NCBI GenBank assembly: GCA_035637655.1
Contig: DASPWT010000198.1
Coordinates: 2,840 to 66,839 of the forward strand
DNA length: 64,000 nucleotides
Origin: Burkholderiales bacterium
Lineage (GTDB): Bacteria > Pseudomonadota > Gammaproteobacteria > Burkholderiales > SG8-39
Direction: 5' to 3'
Shown: piece by piece, positions 53,934-64,000 of the stretch
Layout of the letters: every line of letters starts with the position of its first letter
Numbering within the stretch: position 1 is the stretch's first letter
Translations under genes and position numbers: made by a program
The notes under the pieces: generated by a model
Seen by the model: only the letters and a program-made list of their open reading frames with translations
Database searches by the model: none
Told to the model about the DNA's origin: nothing

Positions 53934-54423
53934 GAAACGGATAGGCCCCCGGACGGTTAAATGCGCTTGCGGCGCATCGATAATGGTACCCTCATTTCGT
54001 TTCAGGCTCACGAGAGCGACCCCTTGAGCGCGGAGCGTTATCTCGATAGTTACCTTACGCTGGTCCTGGAAGGTTCGTGTGCCCCGACTCCCGCGGAGGC
54101 GGCCGGATGAAACGCTTCGAAGCGGTTGCACCTTACCGCTAGCGGCCGGAACTCCAGTGGCGGCGCGTTCCCGCGGGGCTCGAGGATGCGTTCATCCGAC
54201 TCATGAACTTAGCACAGGACCGCCTCCAGTGAGGGGATCACGCAGTACAACATCGTTCCCGGCCTGGTCGGCACGATTCTGACAATGACCGGTGGCGCTC
54301 GTCGTTTTCATCGCGGCCAATTGCGGTAGTGCTCGCGCTACCGCGAGACGCTCGACTGAATGTTTGCCGGAACGCTCCGTAAACAGTGCTAGAATCGGCG
54401 CCTTTCGCGCGCCTTCCCCTTTT

Positions 54424-55089
54424 ATGAATGTCGAGCAAGCCCGTTTCAACATGATCGAGCAGCAGATCCGCACGTGGGAGGTGCTCGACCAGGAGGTGCT
54501 CGATCTTTTGTACGTGGTGCGCCGCGAGGAATTTGTCCCCGCCGAGTACCGGGCGTTTGCCTTCTCGGACCTGGAAATTCCTCTGTACGAGGGCGCAGAC
54601 GAGGGCGAACGCATGATGCAGCCCAAGGTCGAGGCGCGCATTCTGCAGGAACTGGCGGTTAAAAAAAACGAACAAGTACTCGAAGTGGGCACCGGCAGCG
54701 GCTATCTCACCGCGCTTCTCGCCGCCCGGGCGCATCATGTATGTTCGGTGGAGATCAATCCAAGGTTGAAAGCCTTCGGAGAGGGGAATCTTCGGCGCGG
54801 CGGCGTGGAGAACGCCACTGTCCAGCTTGGCGACGCGGCGCAGGGCTGGCAAAGACATGCGCCTTACGACGTCATCGTACTCACTGGCTCGACGCCGATC
54901 TTGCCGCAGACATTGGTGCTGCAGCTCAAGGTAGAGGGGCGGCTTTTCGCGGTCGTGGGCGATCCGCCCGTGATGGAAGCGCGGCTCCTAACCTGCGTTG
55001 GCGAAGGCTCATGCCATGCCACCGATCTATTCGAGACCTGTCTCGCTCCGCTCAAGAACGCGCTGCAGCCGGCGCGTTTCGAATTTTAG
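54424..55089 (+). CDS. Protein-L-isoaspartate O-methyltransferase family protein (the tolC-linked Pcm-like type)
   Basis: 221 aa from MNVEQARFNMIEQQIRTWEV, with SAM motif I VLEVGTGSGYLTALLA. Confidence 0.78.
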   Translation: MNVEQARFNMIEQQIRTWEVLDQEVLDLLYVVRREEFVPAEYRAFAFSDLEIPLYEGADEGERMMQPKVEARILQELAVKKNEQVLEVGTGSGYLTALLAARAHHVCSVEINPRLKAFGEGNLRRGGVENATVQLGDAAQGWQRHAPYDVIVLTGSTPILPQTLVLQLKVEGRLFAVVGDPPVMEARLLTCVGEGSCHATDLFETCLAPLKNALQPARFEF

Positions 55090-55117
55090 CGGTAACCCCT
55101 CCCAAGCTGCATCGGTC

Positions 55118-56458
55118 ATGCCACGGTTTTTTTTCGCAGTGTCATTGACCGTTGCATTTTTTGCGGTGCCCGCGCGCGCAGCGGACCTTTTGCAGATCTA
55201 CCGCGACGCTCTCGCGAACGATGCCACTTACGCCTCGGCGCGCGCTGCGCGAGACGCGGGACTCGAGAACCTGCCGCAGGGCCTTGCCCAGATCCTGCCT
55301 ACCGTCAACGCCACTGCGTTCACCCAATACAACGACATCGCCATAGCGTTCCGAGGCGCAACCCCGGAGCAATATCAATATCGTCTGGGCAATTCGAACG
55401 GATATACCGTGACGCTCACGCAGCCTCTCTTCAATTGGCAGAACATTCAGGTGTACAAGGAGGCCGGATTCAAGGCGGTACAAGCCGAAGCCACATTCGG
55501 CCAGGCGACGCAGGATCTGATTGTCCGCGTCGCGCAGGCTTATTTCGACGTGCTCGCTTCGCAGGACGGGCTCGCTTTCATCCAGGCGCAAAAAATTGCG
55601 ATCTCCGAACAGCTCGCCCAGGCGAAGCGCAATTTCGAAGTCGGCACCGCAACGATCACCGATACTCACGAAGCGCAGGCCCGCTTCGACCTCGCGACCT
55701 CTCAGGAGATCGCAGCTCAAAGCGATCTCGAAATCAAGAAGCGCACTTTGCAGCAGATCGTGGGAAAGTTTCCAGAGCGGCTCGAGCCGCTGAAGGCGAA
55801 CATCGAGCTCAACCCGCCCAAGCCGAACTCGATGGAAGACTGGGCCACCGCTGCCGCGAGCCAGGGTTATCCGGTGCGCGCCCAGGAGGCCGCGCTCGAA
55901 ATCGCTGTACGTGAGATCGAGCGTATTCGCGCCGGTCATTTACCTACCTTGAGCATCGTCGGCAGCGCGGGCCAAAACTCAACGAGTATCAACGCCACCG
56001 CCGCAAGCAACGCGGCCTCGGACTCGATCAACCGCACTATCGGATTGCAGCTTGCGATCCCTCTCTACGCGGGAGGCAGCGTCAGCTCGCAGGTTCGACA
56101 AGCGGTCGCCAATCGCGAAAAGACGCAGCAGGATCTGGAAAGCACGCGGCGCACCGCCGCGTTGTCCGCGCGCCAGTCCTACGTCGGCGTGACCAACGGA
56201 ATGGCCCAGGTGAGGGCTCTGGAGGCGGCGCTTGTTTCCAGCCGGAGCGCGCTCGATTCGAACAAGCTCGGCTATGAGGTCGGCGTGCGCATCAACATCG
56301 ACGTCTTGAACGCCCAGCAGCAGGTCTTCAGTACCTTGCGCGATCTCTCCAGAGCGCGCTATGACACGATCCTGAATGGCCTGCGGTTGAAATCGGCTTC
56401 GGGGACTCTCGGCGAAGCTGACCTCGAAGAGGTGAACCGCCTACTGGGGACGAACTGA
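55118..56458 (+). CDS. tolC: TolC-family outer membrane channel
   Basis: 446 aa from MPRFFFAVSLTVAFFAVPARA (signal peptide), then ADLLQIYRDALANDATYASA and a duplicated OEP repeat structure. Confidence 0.88.
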   Translation: MPRFFFAVSLTVAFFAVPARAADLLQIYRDALANDATYASARAARDAGLENLPQGLAQILPTVNATAFTQYNDIAIAFRGATPEQYQYRLGNSNGYTVTLTQPLFNWQNIQVYKEAGFKAVQAEATFGQATQDLIVRVAQAYFDVLASQDGLAFIQAQKIAISEQLAQAKRNFEVGTATITDTHEAQARFDLATSQEIAAQSDLEIKKRTLQQIVGKFPERLEPLKANIELNPPKPNSMEDWATAAASQGYPVRAQEAALEIAVREIERIRAGHLPTLSIVGSAGQNSTSINATAASNAASDSINRTIGLQLAIPLYAGGSVSSQVRQAVANREKTQQDLESTRRTAALSARQSYVGVTNGMAQVRALEAALVSSRSALDSNKLGYEVGVRINIDVLNAQQQVFSTLRDLSRARYDTILNGLRLKSASGTLGEADLEEVNRLLGTN

Positions 56459-56468
56459 CCGCCCGGGG

Positions 56469-57719
56469 TCACTCCAGCAACCGCTCGCAGATCGCGAGCG
56501 TCCGCTCGGTGGCACCTCGATGCGCCGCACAAAAAGCGACCCCAGCCTTTCCCATGCGCTCGCGCAGCGCCGCATCCTGAAGTATTGATCGTGCCAGCCA
56601 TATCACTTCTTCGGCACTGCTGACCCGGATCGCCGCGCCGGCAGCGATCGCGCTCTCGGCCGCCTGCGCGAAATTGTAGGTGTAGGGTCCGATCAGCACC
56701 GGCACGCCCGCCGCGCAAGCCTCGATCAGGTTCTGACCGCCGTAGGCAAGCAGGCTTCCCCCGACGAAGGCAAGGTCGCAGGCCCGATAATAGGCCGCCA
56801 TTTCACCCATACTGTCGCCGAGCACGATGTCGCAGTCGGCATCGAGCCGCGTGTTCGCACTGCGTCGGATAAACTTCAGACCCCGGGATGCAAGAAGCTG
56901 CGCTACCGTGTCGAAGCGTTGTGGGTGCCGCGGCACAATGACCAGAATTGCGTCCCGGAGAACGTTGTGTTCCAGAGCTTCAAGCAGCAACTCTTCCTCA
57001 CCCTCGCGAGTGCTTGCGGCAAGCAACACTGCTCGAGTGCCAAACCGGCGCCGGAATTGCGCCGCGAGTGATTCGCTCCCGGCGCTCGGATCAGCGTCAA
57101 ACTTGAGGTTCCCGGTGACTTCCACGGCGCGCGCGCCAAGGGATCGAAGCCGTTCGGCGTCTTCGGTGGTTTGCGCCGCAACCGCGCTCAGACCCCCGAG
57201 AGCGACCCGTACGAGTGGCCCGACCGCGGCGTAGCCGAGCGCCGACTTAGCCGACATTCGGGCATTGGCAAGCAAGAGCGGCACGCCGGAGCGTTGACAT
57301 TCGTTCACGAGGTGAAACCAGATTTCAGTTTCCATCAGAATGCCAAGCCGCGGCCGGAAGTTGCGCAGGAACCGCCTGACGGCCGAGGGATAGTCGTAGG
57401 CGAGCCACGCAACGCGCACGGCGCCGCCAAAAAGTTGCTGCGCCGCCTCCCGGCCGCTTGCGGTCATCTGGGTAATCAACAGATCGCAGTCAGGATGACT
57501 GGATCGCAGCGCGTGCAGCAGCGGCTCCGCGGCACGCGTCTCACCCACCGATACCGCGTGCAACCAGATCACCGGCCGCGCGGGCCGCGTAGGGTAGAAG
57601 CCGAATCGCTCCGCTATGTTCTGCCTGTATCCCGGCTCGTGCCGCCCACGCCACCACAGGCGCGCGAGAACCAGGGGGAAAGCGAGCCAGAGGAGCAGCC
57701 TATAGCCGGCCCGCCACAT
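56469..57719 (-). CDS. waaA: 3-deoxy-D-manno-octulosonic acid (Kdo) transferase
   Basis: 416 aa: IWLHAVSVGE, GGSLLAYGGQNLIE. Typical of WaaA/KdtA. Confidence 0.9.
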   Translation of the reverse strand: MWRAGYRLLLWLAFPLVLARLWWRGRHEPGYRQNIAERFGFYPTRPARPVIWLHAVSVGETRAAEPLLHALRSSHPDCDLLITQMTASGREAAQQLFGGAVRVAWLAYDYPSAVRRFLRNFRPRLGILMETEIWFHLVNECQRSGVPLLLANARMSAKSALGYAAVGPLVRVALGGLSAVAAQTTEDAERLRSLGARAVEVTGNLKFDADPSAGSESLAAQFRRRFGTRAVLLAASTREGEEELLLEALEHNVLRDAILVIVPRHPQRFDTVAQLLASRGLKFIRRSANTRLDADCDIVLGDSMGEMAAYYRACDLAFVGGSLLAYGGQNLIEACAAGVPVLIGPYTYNFAQAAESAIAAGAAIRVSSAEEVIWLARSILQDAALRERMGKAGVAFCAAHRGATERTLAICERLLE

Positions 57720-57830
57720 CAGAACGCCGCGACGGCTTCAGGCACCTGGAGCCGCCAGGCGCGGAAAGCGGTTAGAATGCCGCACATAAGCCGCTGATTA
57801 TACGGGTTTGCCGTCTCTCCCCTCGCGCCC

Positions 57831-58577
57831 ATGCCCTTGTCCGTAGCCATCATCACCCGCAACGCCGCCAGCCAGCTGGAACGCTGCCTTGCGAGCGTCG
57901 CCTTTGCCGAGGAGGTCGTCGTGGTGGACTCGGGCTCGACGGACGGCACGGTCGAGCTCGCCGCCCGCCACGGCGCTCGCGTCGTGCGGAAGGAATGGCT
58001 CGGGTTCGGCGCGCAAAAGCAGTTCGCTGTCGACGCCGCGAGCCACGAGTGGCTATTGTGCGTGGACGCGGACGAATGCCTGAGCCCTGAGCTTCGCGAG
58101 GCTATCGTCGCCGAGCTCAAGGCACCGCGCGGCTTTGTCTACGCCATGCCGCGCCGCAACCGCTTTTTGGGACGCTGGCTCAAGCACGGCGAGGGCTACC
58201 CCGACTGGAACGTGCGCCTGTTCCACCGCGGGCATGCGCGCTGGGGCAACGAGTCGGTGCATGAAAAGATCGTAACCCGGTCCCCGGTGCTCAGGCTCCG
58301 GGGCGATCTCCTGCACGATTCGGCGGAAACGCTGGAGAAGTATCTCGACAAGCAGAACCGCTACACGAGTCTGCAGGCCGAATCGCTGCGCGCCGCGGGC
58401 CGCCGCGCGAATGCCTTGCAGCTGGTGCTCTCACCCACCCTGCGCTTCATCAAGTTCTACCTGTTGCGGCTCGGTTTTCTCGACGGGGTGCCGGGCTTGG
58501 TGCACGTCACGATCGGCTGTATGAACAGTTTCAACAAGTACGCGAAACTGAAGGCGCTGGAGCGCGCCTCGGAATGA
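57831..58577 (+). CDS. Family 2 glycosyltransferase, LPS core-associated (KdtX/WaaE-like)
   Basis: 248 aa: LSVAIITRNAASQLERCL...VVVDSGSTDGT...CVDADE. It is divergent from waaA. Confidence 0.8.
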   Translation: MPLSVAIITRNAASQLERCLASVAFAEEVVVVDSGSTDGTVELAARHGARVVRKEWLGFGAQKQFAVDAASHEWLLCVDADECLSPELREAIVAELKAPRGFVYAMPRRNRFLGRWLKHGEGYPDWNVRLFHRGHARWGNESVHEKIVTRSPVLRLRGDLLHDSAETLEKYLDKQNRYTSLQAESLRAAGRRANALQLVLSPTLRFIKFYLLRLGFLDGVPGLVHVTIGCMNSFNKYAKLKALERASE

Positions 58578-59644
58578 CCGTTCTGGTGACGGGGGGTGCC
58601 GGTTTCATAGGCTCGAATTTTGTGCTGGACTGGTTCGCGCAGGGCGCGGAATCCGTGATCAACCTGGACAAGCTCACCTACGCGGGCAATCCCGCGAATC
58701 TCCGTGCCCTCAAGGACAACCCGGCGCACGTGTTCGTCCACGGGGATATTTGCGACCGGAACCTGGTGCGGCACCTCCTGGAACGACACGCGCCGCGCGC
58801 CGTCGTTCACTTCGCCGCGGAAAGCCATGTCGATCGTTCCATTCACGGGCCCGCCGAGTTCGTCCAGACCAATATCCTGGGCACTTTCGGCCTGATCGAG
58901 GAAACACGGGTCTGGCTGGAAAGGCAAGCGCCTCCTCAACGCGCGGATTTCAGATTCCTGCACGTCTCGACCGACGAGGTATTCGGTTCGCTCGGTCCCA
59001 ATGATCCACCTTTCAACGAGTCGACTCCTTTCGCGCCGAACAGCCCTTATGCAGCTTCGAAGGCGGCCGCCGACCACTTGGTGCGGGCGTACCATCACAC
59101 CTACGGACTTCCGACGCTGACCGTCAACTGCTCGAACAACTACGGACCCTATCAGTTTCCCGAAAAGCTCATTCCCCTCATGATCCTGAACGCCATCACC
59201 CACAAGCCCTTGCCGGTCTATGGTGAGGGTGGCAACGTGCGCGACTGGTTGTACGTGCAGGATCATTGCACGGCGATCCGGCAAGTCCTGGAACGCGGCC
59301 GCGTCGGCGAGAGTTACAACGTCGGCGGCAACAATCAGAAGACCAATCTGGAGGTGGTGAACGCGATCTGCGCCCTGCTCGACGAGGCGAGGCCCAATCG
59401 CAAGAGCCTGCATTCCATGTTGATTTCCTTCGTGAAGGACCGCCCGGGACACGACCGTCGTTACGCGATGGACGCGACGAAGATCACCATTGAAATCGGG
59501 TGGGTGCCTTCCGAGAGCTTCGATTCCGGATTGCGCAAGACCGTCGCCTGGTATCTGGACAACCCGGATTGGGTCGCGCGTGTGACGAGCGGCGCCCACC
59601 GCCACTGGATCGAGAAGAACTATGCCAATCGAGGCGAGGCGTGA
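58574..59644 (+). CDS. rfbB: dTDP-glucose 4,6-dehydratase
   Basis: 356 aa: [26 protein letters not shown]. Confidence 0.95.
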   Translation: MTVLVTGGAGFIGSNFVLDWFAQGAESVINLDKLTYAGNPANLRALKDNPAHVFVHGDICDRNLVRHLLERHAPRAVVHFAAESHVDRSIHGPAEFVQTNILGTFGLIEETRVWLERQAPPQRADFRFLHVSTDEVFGSLGPNDPPFNESTPFAPNSPYAASKAAADHLVRAYHHTYGLPTLTVNCSNNYGPYQFPEKLIPLMILNAITHKPLPVYGEGGNVRDWLYVQDHCTAIRQVLERGRVGESYNVGGNNQKTNLEVVNAICALLDEARPNRKSLHSMLISFVKDRPGHDRRYAMDATKITIEIGWVPSESFDSGLRKTVAWYLDNPDWVARVTSGAHRHWIEKNYANRGEA

Positions 59645-60522
59645 AGGGCATCATTCTTGCCGGGGGCAGCGGCACGCGCCTCTTCCCGGTGACGCAGGTC
59701 GTATCCAAGCAGCTTCTGCCGGTCTACGACAAGCCGATGATCTACTACCCCCTGAGCACCCTGATGCTGGCCGGCATCCGCGATTTGCTCGTGGTCTCCA
59801 CGCCGCAGGACACACCGCGCTTCGAGCAGCTGCTCGGTGACGGCGCGCGTTGGGGACTCGACCTCCAGTATGCCGTCCAACCGAGCCCGGGCGGCATTGC
59901 ACAGGCTTTTCTCGTCGGAGAGCGCTTCGTGGGGGAGGAGCCCTGCGCGCTGGTTCTCGGGGACAATATTTTCTACGGCCACGACCTGCAACCCACATTC
60001 GGGCAGGCGGCGAAGAAATCCTCGGGCGCGACGGTATTCGCCTACCGGGTGCAGGAGCCGCAGCGCTACGGCGTGGTCGAGCTCGATGTGAAAGGCCGTG
60101 CCCTCAGCATCGAGGAAAAGCCGGCGAAGCCCAAGTCGCACTATGCAGTGACGGGTCTTTATTTCTACGATAACCAAGTCGTGCGCATCGCGAAATCGCT
60201 CAAGCCTTCGGCGCGCGGGGAACTGGAGATCAGCGACGTCAATCGCCATTACCTCAAAGAGGGCATGCTTCACGTGGAAACGCTGGGGCGGGGGCACGCG
60301 TGGCTCGACACCGGCACCTACGAATCGCTGCTCGAAGCCAGTCATTTCATCGAGACGCTGGAGCGGCGGCAGGGTCTCAAGATCGGCTGCCCCGAAGAGG
60401 TCGCCTGGCACAAGATGTGGATCAACGACGCGCAGCTCGAGGCGCTGGCGGCGCCGCTCAGGAATAGCGGTTACGGGGAGTATCTGCTGTCGCTGCTGCG
60501 GGACAGCCCACGCGACAAATGA
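59641..60522 (+). CDS. rfbA: Glucose-1-phosphate thymidylyltransferase
   Basis: 293 aa from the GTG at 59641 (GTGA overlap with rfbB): [17 protein letters not shown]...[17 protein letters not shown]. Confidence 0.94.
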   Translation: MKGIILAGGSGTRLFPVTQVVSKQLLPVYDKPMIYYPLSTLMLAGIRDLLVVSTPQDTPRFEQLLGDGARWGLDLQYAVQPSPGGIAQAFLVGERFVGEEPCALVLGDNIFYGHDLQPTFGQAAKKSSGATVFAYRVQEPQRYGVVELDVKGRALSIEEKPAKPKSHYAVTGLYFYDNQVVRIAKSLKPSARGELEISDVNRHYLKEGMLHVETLGRGHAWLDTGTYESLLEASHFIETLERRQGLKIGCPEEVAWHKMWINDAQLEALAAPLRNSGYGEYLLSLLRDSPRDK

Positions 60523-61064
60523 AGGTCACGCCGACCGGACTCTCCGGAGTGTTGCTCCTCGAGCCCCGCGTATTCGGCGACGCGCGCGGGTTCCTCTTCG
60601 AGAGCTGGAACGAACGGGAGTTCGAGCGCGCAGGAATCCGGGCTCGTTTCGTCCAGGACAACCACTCGCGCTCAGGACGAGGCGTGCTGCGTGGGCTGCA
60701 TTATCAGATCCGCCAGCCGCAAAGCAAGCTCATCCGCGTTGTCGCCGGCGAAATCTTTGATGTAGCGGTGGACATCCGCCGCAGCTCGCCCACTTTCGGC
60801 CGGTGGGAGGGCGTTCGCCTGAACGCGGAATCGCACAAGATGCTCTGGATCCCGGTCGGTTTTGCGCACGGCTTTTGCGTATTGAGCGACTTTGCCGAGG
60901 TCCTGTATAAGGCCACGGAGTTCTACGCGCCCGAGGACGAGCGCTGCATCCTCTGGAACGATCCGGACCTTCGCATCGATTGGCCCCTCCCCGGCGGCGC
61001 GCCCGCACTATCGGCCAAAGACGCCGCGGGGGCGCAGCTGCGGGATGCCGAAGTGTTTCAGTGA
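60519..61064 (+). CDS. rfbC: dTDP-4-dehydrorhamnose 3,5-epimerase
   Basis: 181 aa: [18 protein letters not shown], and the cupin core. Confidence 0.94.
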   Translation: MKVTPTGLSGVLLLEPRVFGDARGFLFESWNEREFERAGIRARFVQDNHSRSGRGVLRGLHYQIRQPQSKLIRVVAGEIFDVAVDIRRSSPTFGRWEGVRLNAESHKMLWIPVGFAHGFCVLSDFAEVLYKATEFYAPEDERCILWNDPDLRIDWPLPGGAPALSAKDAAGAQLRDAEVFQ

Positions 61065-61936
61065 AGATTCTGCTGACCGGAAAAGCCGGGCAGGTCGGCT
61101 GGGAGCTCGAACGGCGCCTTCCGCCTCTCGGGCAGGTAGTCGCCTTCGATCATGCATCGCTCGATCTGGCAGACCCGGATCAGATCATCGCGCGAGTCCG
61201 CGAGGTGAGACCGGGACTCATCATCAATGCCGCGGCCTACACAGACGTGGACCGCGCGGAGTCCGAGCCGGAGCTCGCCATGCAAATCAACGCGGCGGCG
61301 CCACAGACTCTCGCCGAGGAAGCGAAGCGCCTTGGTGCACTGCTGATCCACTACTCCACCGACTATGTCTTTGACGGCACGAAGCCCACCCCGTATCTCG
61401 AGACCGACCCCCCGAATCCGATCAGCGCCTACGGCAGAAGCAAGCTCGAGGGCGAGCGGGCAGTCCAGGCGAGCGGCTGCCGGCACCTGGTCCTGCGCAC
61501 GAGCTGGGTGTACGGCTTGCGCGGCAGGAACTTCCTACTCACGATTTTGCGTCTCGCGCGCGAGCGCCGCGAGCTGCGCGTGGTGGACGACCAAGTCGGA
61601 GCGCCGACGTGGTGCCGCGACATCGCGACTGCGACCGCGCAATTGACCAAGGAGGCCGAGGCCGGAAAGACGGGCAGCCTGTATCACCTCACGGCGGGTG
61701 GCGCGACAAGCTGGTATGGCTTCGCGTGCGAAATCCTCAAGGCACATGGGATCGATACATCGGTCAGAGCCATTTCTACCAGGGAATATCCGGTCCCCGC
61801 CAGGAGGCCGGCAAATTCGGTACTGTCCAGCGCGGCGATCTCGGCGCGCTGGAAGGTGGACCTGCCGGAATGGCAGGTCTCTCTGGCGATATGTCTTCGC
61901 GAAGCAAGCTCGGCTGCTGGCATCACCTCGTCTTAG
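61061..61936 (+). CDS. rfbD: dTDP-4-dehydrorhamnose reductase
   Basis: 291 aa from the GTG at 61061 (GTGA overlap): [32 protein letters not shown]. Confidence 0.92.
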   Translation: MKILLTGKAGQVGWELERRLPPLGQVVAFDHASLDLADPDQIIARVREVRPGLIINAAAYTDVDRAESEPELAMQINAAAPQTLAEEAKRLGALLIHYSTDYVFDGTKPTPYLETDPPNPISAYGRSKLEGERAVQASGCRHLVLRTSWVYGLRGRNFLLTILRLARERRELRVVDDQVGAPTWCRDIATATAQLTKEAEAGKTGSLYHLTAGGATSWYGFACEILKAHGIDTSVRAISTREYPVPARRPANSVLSSAAISARWKVDLPEWQVSLAICLREASSAAGITSS

Positions 61937-62094
61937 GTGTCAGCCGCGTACCGATCGCCATCGCATACGGCAAGGGCCGCCCGCTTTTCGATTCAGTCTG
62001 AAGCGAAGTCACGCGTGTGCGTCCGGCAAGGAAGATGAGATCGCCCCGTCAGGGAACGCGGTCGCAGTGCCGTTTTGTCATTAGAATCCGCTTC

Positions 62095-62949
62095 ATGAGC
62101 GATCGGAGAATCCGCACGCCGCTGGTCACGTTCATTGTTGCCGTGTTCAACGGAAAAAGTACTCTGCAGCGCTGCATCGACAGCGTGGCACGCCAGACCT
62201 GCGCGTCCAGAGAGCTGATCGTTATCGACGGGGGCTCTACGGACGGCAGCGTGGAGGTCATAGAGGCGAACCGGGGCGCCGTCAAAGATTGGGTGTCCGA
62301 GCCCGATCGGGGGATTTATCACGCCTGGAATAAGGGTCTGGCCCGGGCCAAGGGAGACTGGGTATGTTTTCTCGGCACCGACGATTACCTGCACGATTCC
62401 ACGGTATTGGAGAAAATCTCTCCGCACCTTGCCGCGCCCGCGCAGCAGCGCATCGTCTACGGACAGGTAGCTATGGTGGACAGGAATGGAGTGGAAGTGG
62501 ACCGTCTCGGAATGTCCTGGGTGAACGCGCGCAAGCGCTTCATGCAGGGGACCTATTGCCTGCCGACTCCGGGGTTGATGTTTCATCGGAGCATTTTCCA
62601 GCGGCTCGGACTTTTCGACGAATCGAATCGCATCGCGGGAGATTACGAGCTTCTCCTGCGGGAATTGAAGGCGGGCGAACCGCGCTACCTGCCGGAAATC
62701 ATCGTCACCGACATGCAGCATGGAGGCATCAGCAGCCGTCCGGAAAATACCCTCATTTCGCTGCGAGAGATGCAGGCGGCGCGCATGAAGCACGGGTTAC
62801 CTGCCGTCAATCTTCATTTTGTCGCGGCGCTCGCCAGGGCCTACATACGCCTGCTGCTGTGGCGCGTGCTCGGCGAGAAGTCTGCCCGGCGCGCCATGGA
62901 TTGGGGCAGGCGGCTTGCGGGAAAGCCCGCCTACTGGACGAAAACCTGA
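62095..62949 (+). CDS. Family 2 glycosyltransferase
   Basis: 284 aa from MSDRRIRTPLVTFIVAVFNG...LIVIDGGSTDGS...FLGTDD. Confidence 0.82.
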   Translation: MSDRRIRTPLVTFIVAVFNGKSTLQRCIDSVARQTCASRELIVIDGGSTDGSVEVIEANRGAVKDWVSEPDRGIYHAWNKGLARAKGDWVCFLGTDDYLHDSTVLEKISPHLAAPAQQRIVYGQVAMVDRNGVEVDRLGMSWVNARKRFMQGTYCLPTPGLMFHRSIFQRLGLFDESNRIAGDYELLLRELKAGEPRYLPEIIVTDMQHGGISSRPENTLISLREMQAARMKHGLPAVNLHFVAALARAYIRLLLWRVLGEKSARRAMDWGRRLAGKPAYWTKT

Positions 62950-62958
62950 AGGCCGGCG

Positions 62959-63798
62959 ATGCCGATTGCGACTTTACCCGAAGAACGCGTGCCTGTAAGC
63001 GCAGTGATCCCGTGCTACCGGTGCGGCGATACTGTCCGGCGCTCGATCCGTTCGATCGCGGCGCAGACCGCGCTGCCGCGCGAAATCATACTGGTGGATG
63101 ATTGTAGCGCCGACACCACGCCGGAAACTCTCCGTCAGATTGCCTCGGAATATCCGCCGGGTTGGATCAAGGTACTGGAACTAACCGTGAACGGCGGCGC
63201 CGGGCAAGCGCGCAATGCCGGGTGGAACGCGGCGACCCAGCCCTATGTGGCGTTCCTCGACGCGGATGATGCCTGGCACGCTAAGAAGCTGGAAATCCAG
63301 CACGGCTGGATGCAAGTCCACCCCGAAGCGCAATTGACGGGGCATCCGACCACATGGGTCCGGGACGGGAAGATTCCGACGGACGAGCCCGGTTCTGCGA
63401 GAATCGCGCGCATCGACCCGCGCCGGCTTCTGCTCGGCAACTGCTTTTCCCTGAGGTCCGTCATGGTCAGGAGGGAATTCCCGATTCGCCTTCATCGGGA
63501 AAAGCGCTACATGGAAGATTACTGGTGGGTGCTGCAGGCGGCGTTTTCCGGATACGACATATACAGGATCGAGTTGCCGCTCGCCTGCATGTTCAAGGCG
63601 CCCTATGGCGCCGGGGGCCTGAGCGGCAGGCAGTGGGAGATGGAAAAGAGCGAGCTCGACAACTATTGGGGTCTGAAAAGGGCGGGCAAGCTGGGACTGT
63701 TCCCTGCACTGGCGTTGACGATCTATTCGCTGCTCAAGTATGCGAAGCGTGTGGCCGTGGCGGCGTGCCTGCGTCGACCCGATGGGCAGGCGTATTAA
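62959..63798 (+). CDS. Family 2 glycosyltransferase
   Basis: 279 aa: VSAVIPCYRCGDT...ILVDDCSAD...NGGAGQARNAG...FLDADD. Confidence 0.82.
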   Translation: MPIATLPEERVPVSAVIPCYRCGDTVRRSIRSIAAQTALPREIILVDDCSADTTPETLRQIASEYPPGWIKVLELTVNGGAGQARNAGWNAATQPYVAFLDADDAWHAKKLEIQHGWMQVHPEAQLTGHPTTWVRDGKIPTDEPGSARIARIDPRRLLLGNCFSLRSVMVRREFPIRLHREKRYMEDYWWVLQAAFSGYDIYRIELPLACMFKAPYGAGGLSGRQWEMEKSELDNYWGLKRAGKLGLFPALALTIYSLLKYAKRVAVAACLRRPDGQAY

Positions 63799-63807
63799 GC
63801 CAGGAAA

Positions 63808-64000
63808 ATGGGCAGGGTCGAAGAAATGATTATTTCCGAGAAGAACAAGCGACTGATCAAGAAATTCCTCGATGCAGTCCGTTACGACTACGGCCACTGG
63901 GCGCGCACCGTGATGTACCAGGAGTGCTTCAAGCTGGTCCGAAAGCTCGAACCTTCGCAGCTGGAGGTGCTGGAGATCTCGGCCGGCCACGTCTGGCGCG
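63808..64000 (+). CDS. Hypothetical protein, 5' fragment (possibly a SAM-dependent methyltransferase); runs off the window
   Basis: My own translation gives MGRVEEMIISEKNKRLIKKFLDAVRYDYGHWARTVMYQECFKLVRKLEPSQLEVLEISAGHVW. AGGA lies upstream. LEVLEISAG resembles methyltransferase motif I. It is not in the track because no stop is in the window. Confidence 0.4.
   Translation, partial: MGRVEEMIISEKNKRLIKKFLDAVRYDYGHWARTVMYQECFKLVRKLEPSQLEVLEISAGHVWR

Overview
The window is GC-rich (by eye, not computed), densely packed chromosomal DNA. Gene content and order look beta-proteobacterial, which is an inference from four things: a Bug/TctC receptor, glnA-DUF4124-ntrBC, aceE-aceF-lpdA with a lipoyl domain on E3, and a tkt-gap-pgk...pyk...fba-purC-purE run. 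I see no rRNA, CRISPR array, IS element, integrase or prophage. About 60 CDS, one tRNA-Ala(CGC), a TPP riboswitch ahead of thiC, a sigma54/NtrC control region ahead of glnA, and three readable intrinsic terminators are supported. Most of it is housekeeping: glycolysis/pentose phosphate, the PDH complex, nitrogen control, purine, thiamine and folate genes, and an LPS core/dTDP-rhamnose cluster. Four regions stand out. (1) At 48.8-53.9 kb, a partner-switching set (RsbW-like ATPase, STAS protein, CHASE2-PP2C membrane phosphatase) has no sigma factor nearby and is bundled with a FecR-like periplasmic protein, an OmpA-like lipoprotein and an MBL-fold hydrolase. This is my best candidate for an undescribed signalling system. 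(2) An orphan DGQHR (DndB-like) protein sits on the opposite strand between pyk and pgk. (3) An uncharacterised Gfo/Idh/MocA + DUF993 + TIM-barrel isomerase triad is embedded in the glycolytic operon. (4) A fused SAM decarboxylase-spermidine synthase is present. All functional calls come from reading translated motifs by eye. No database search was run.
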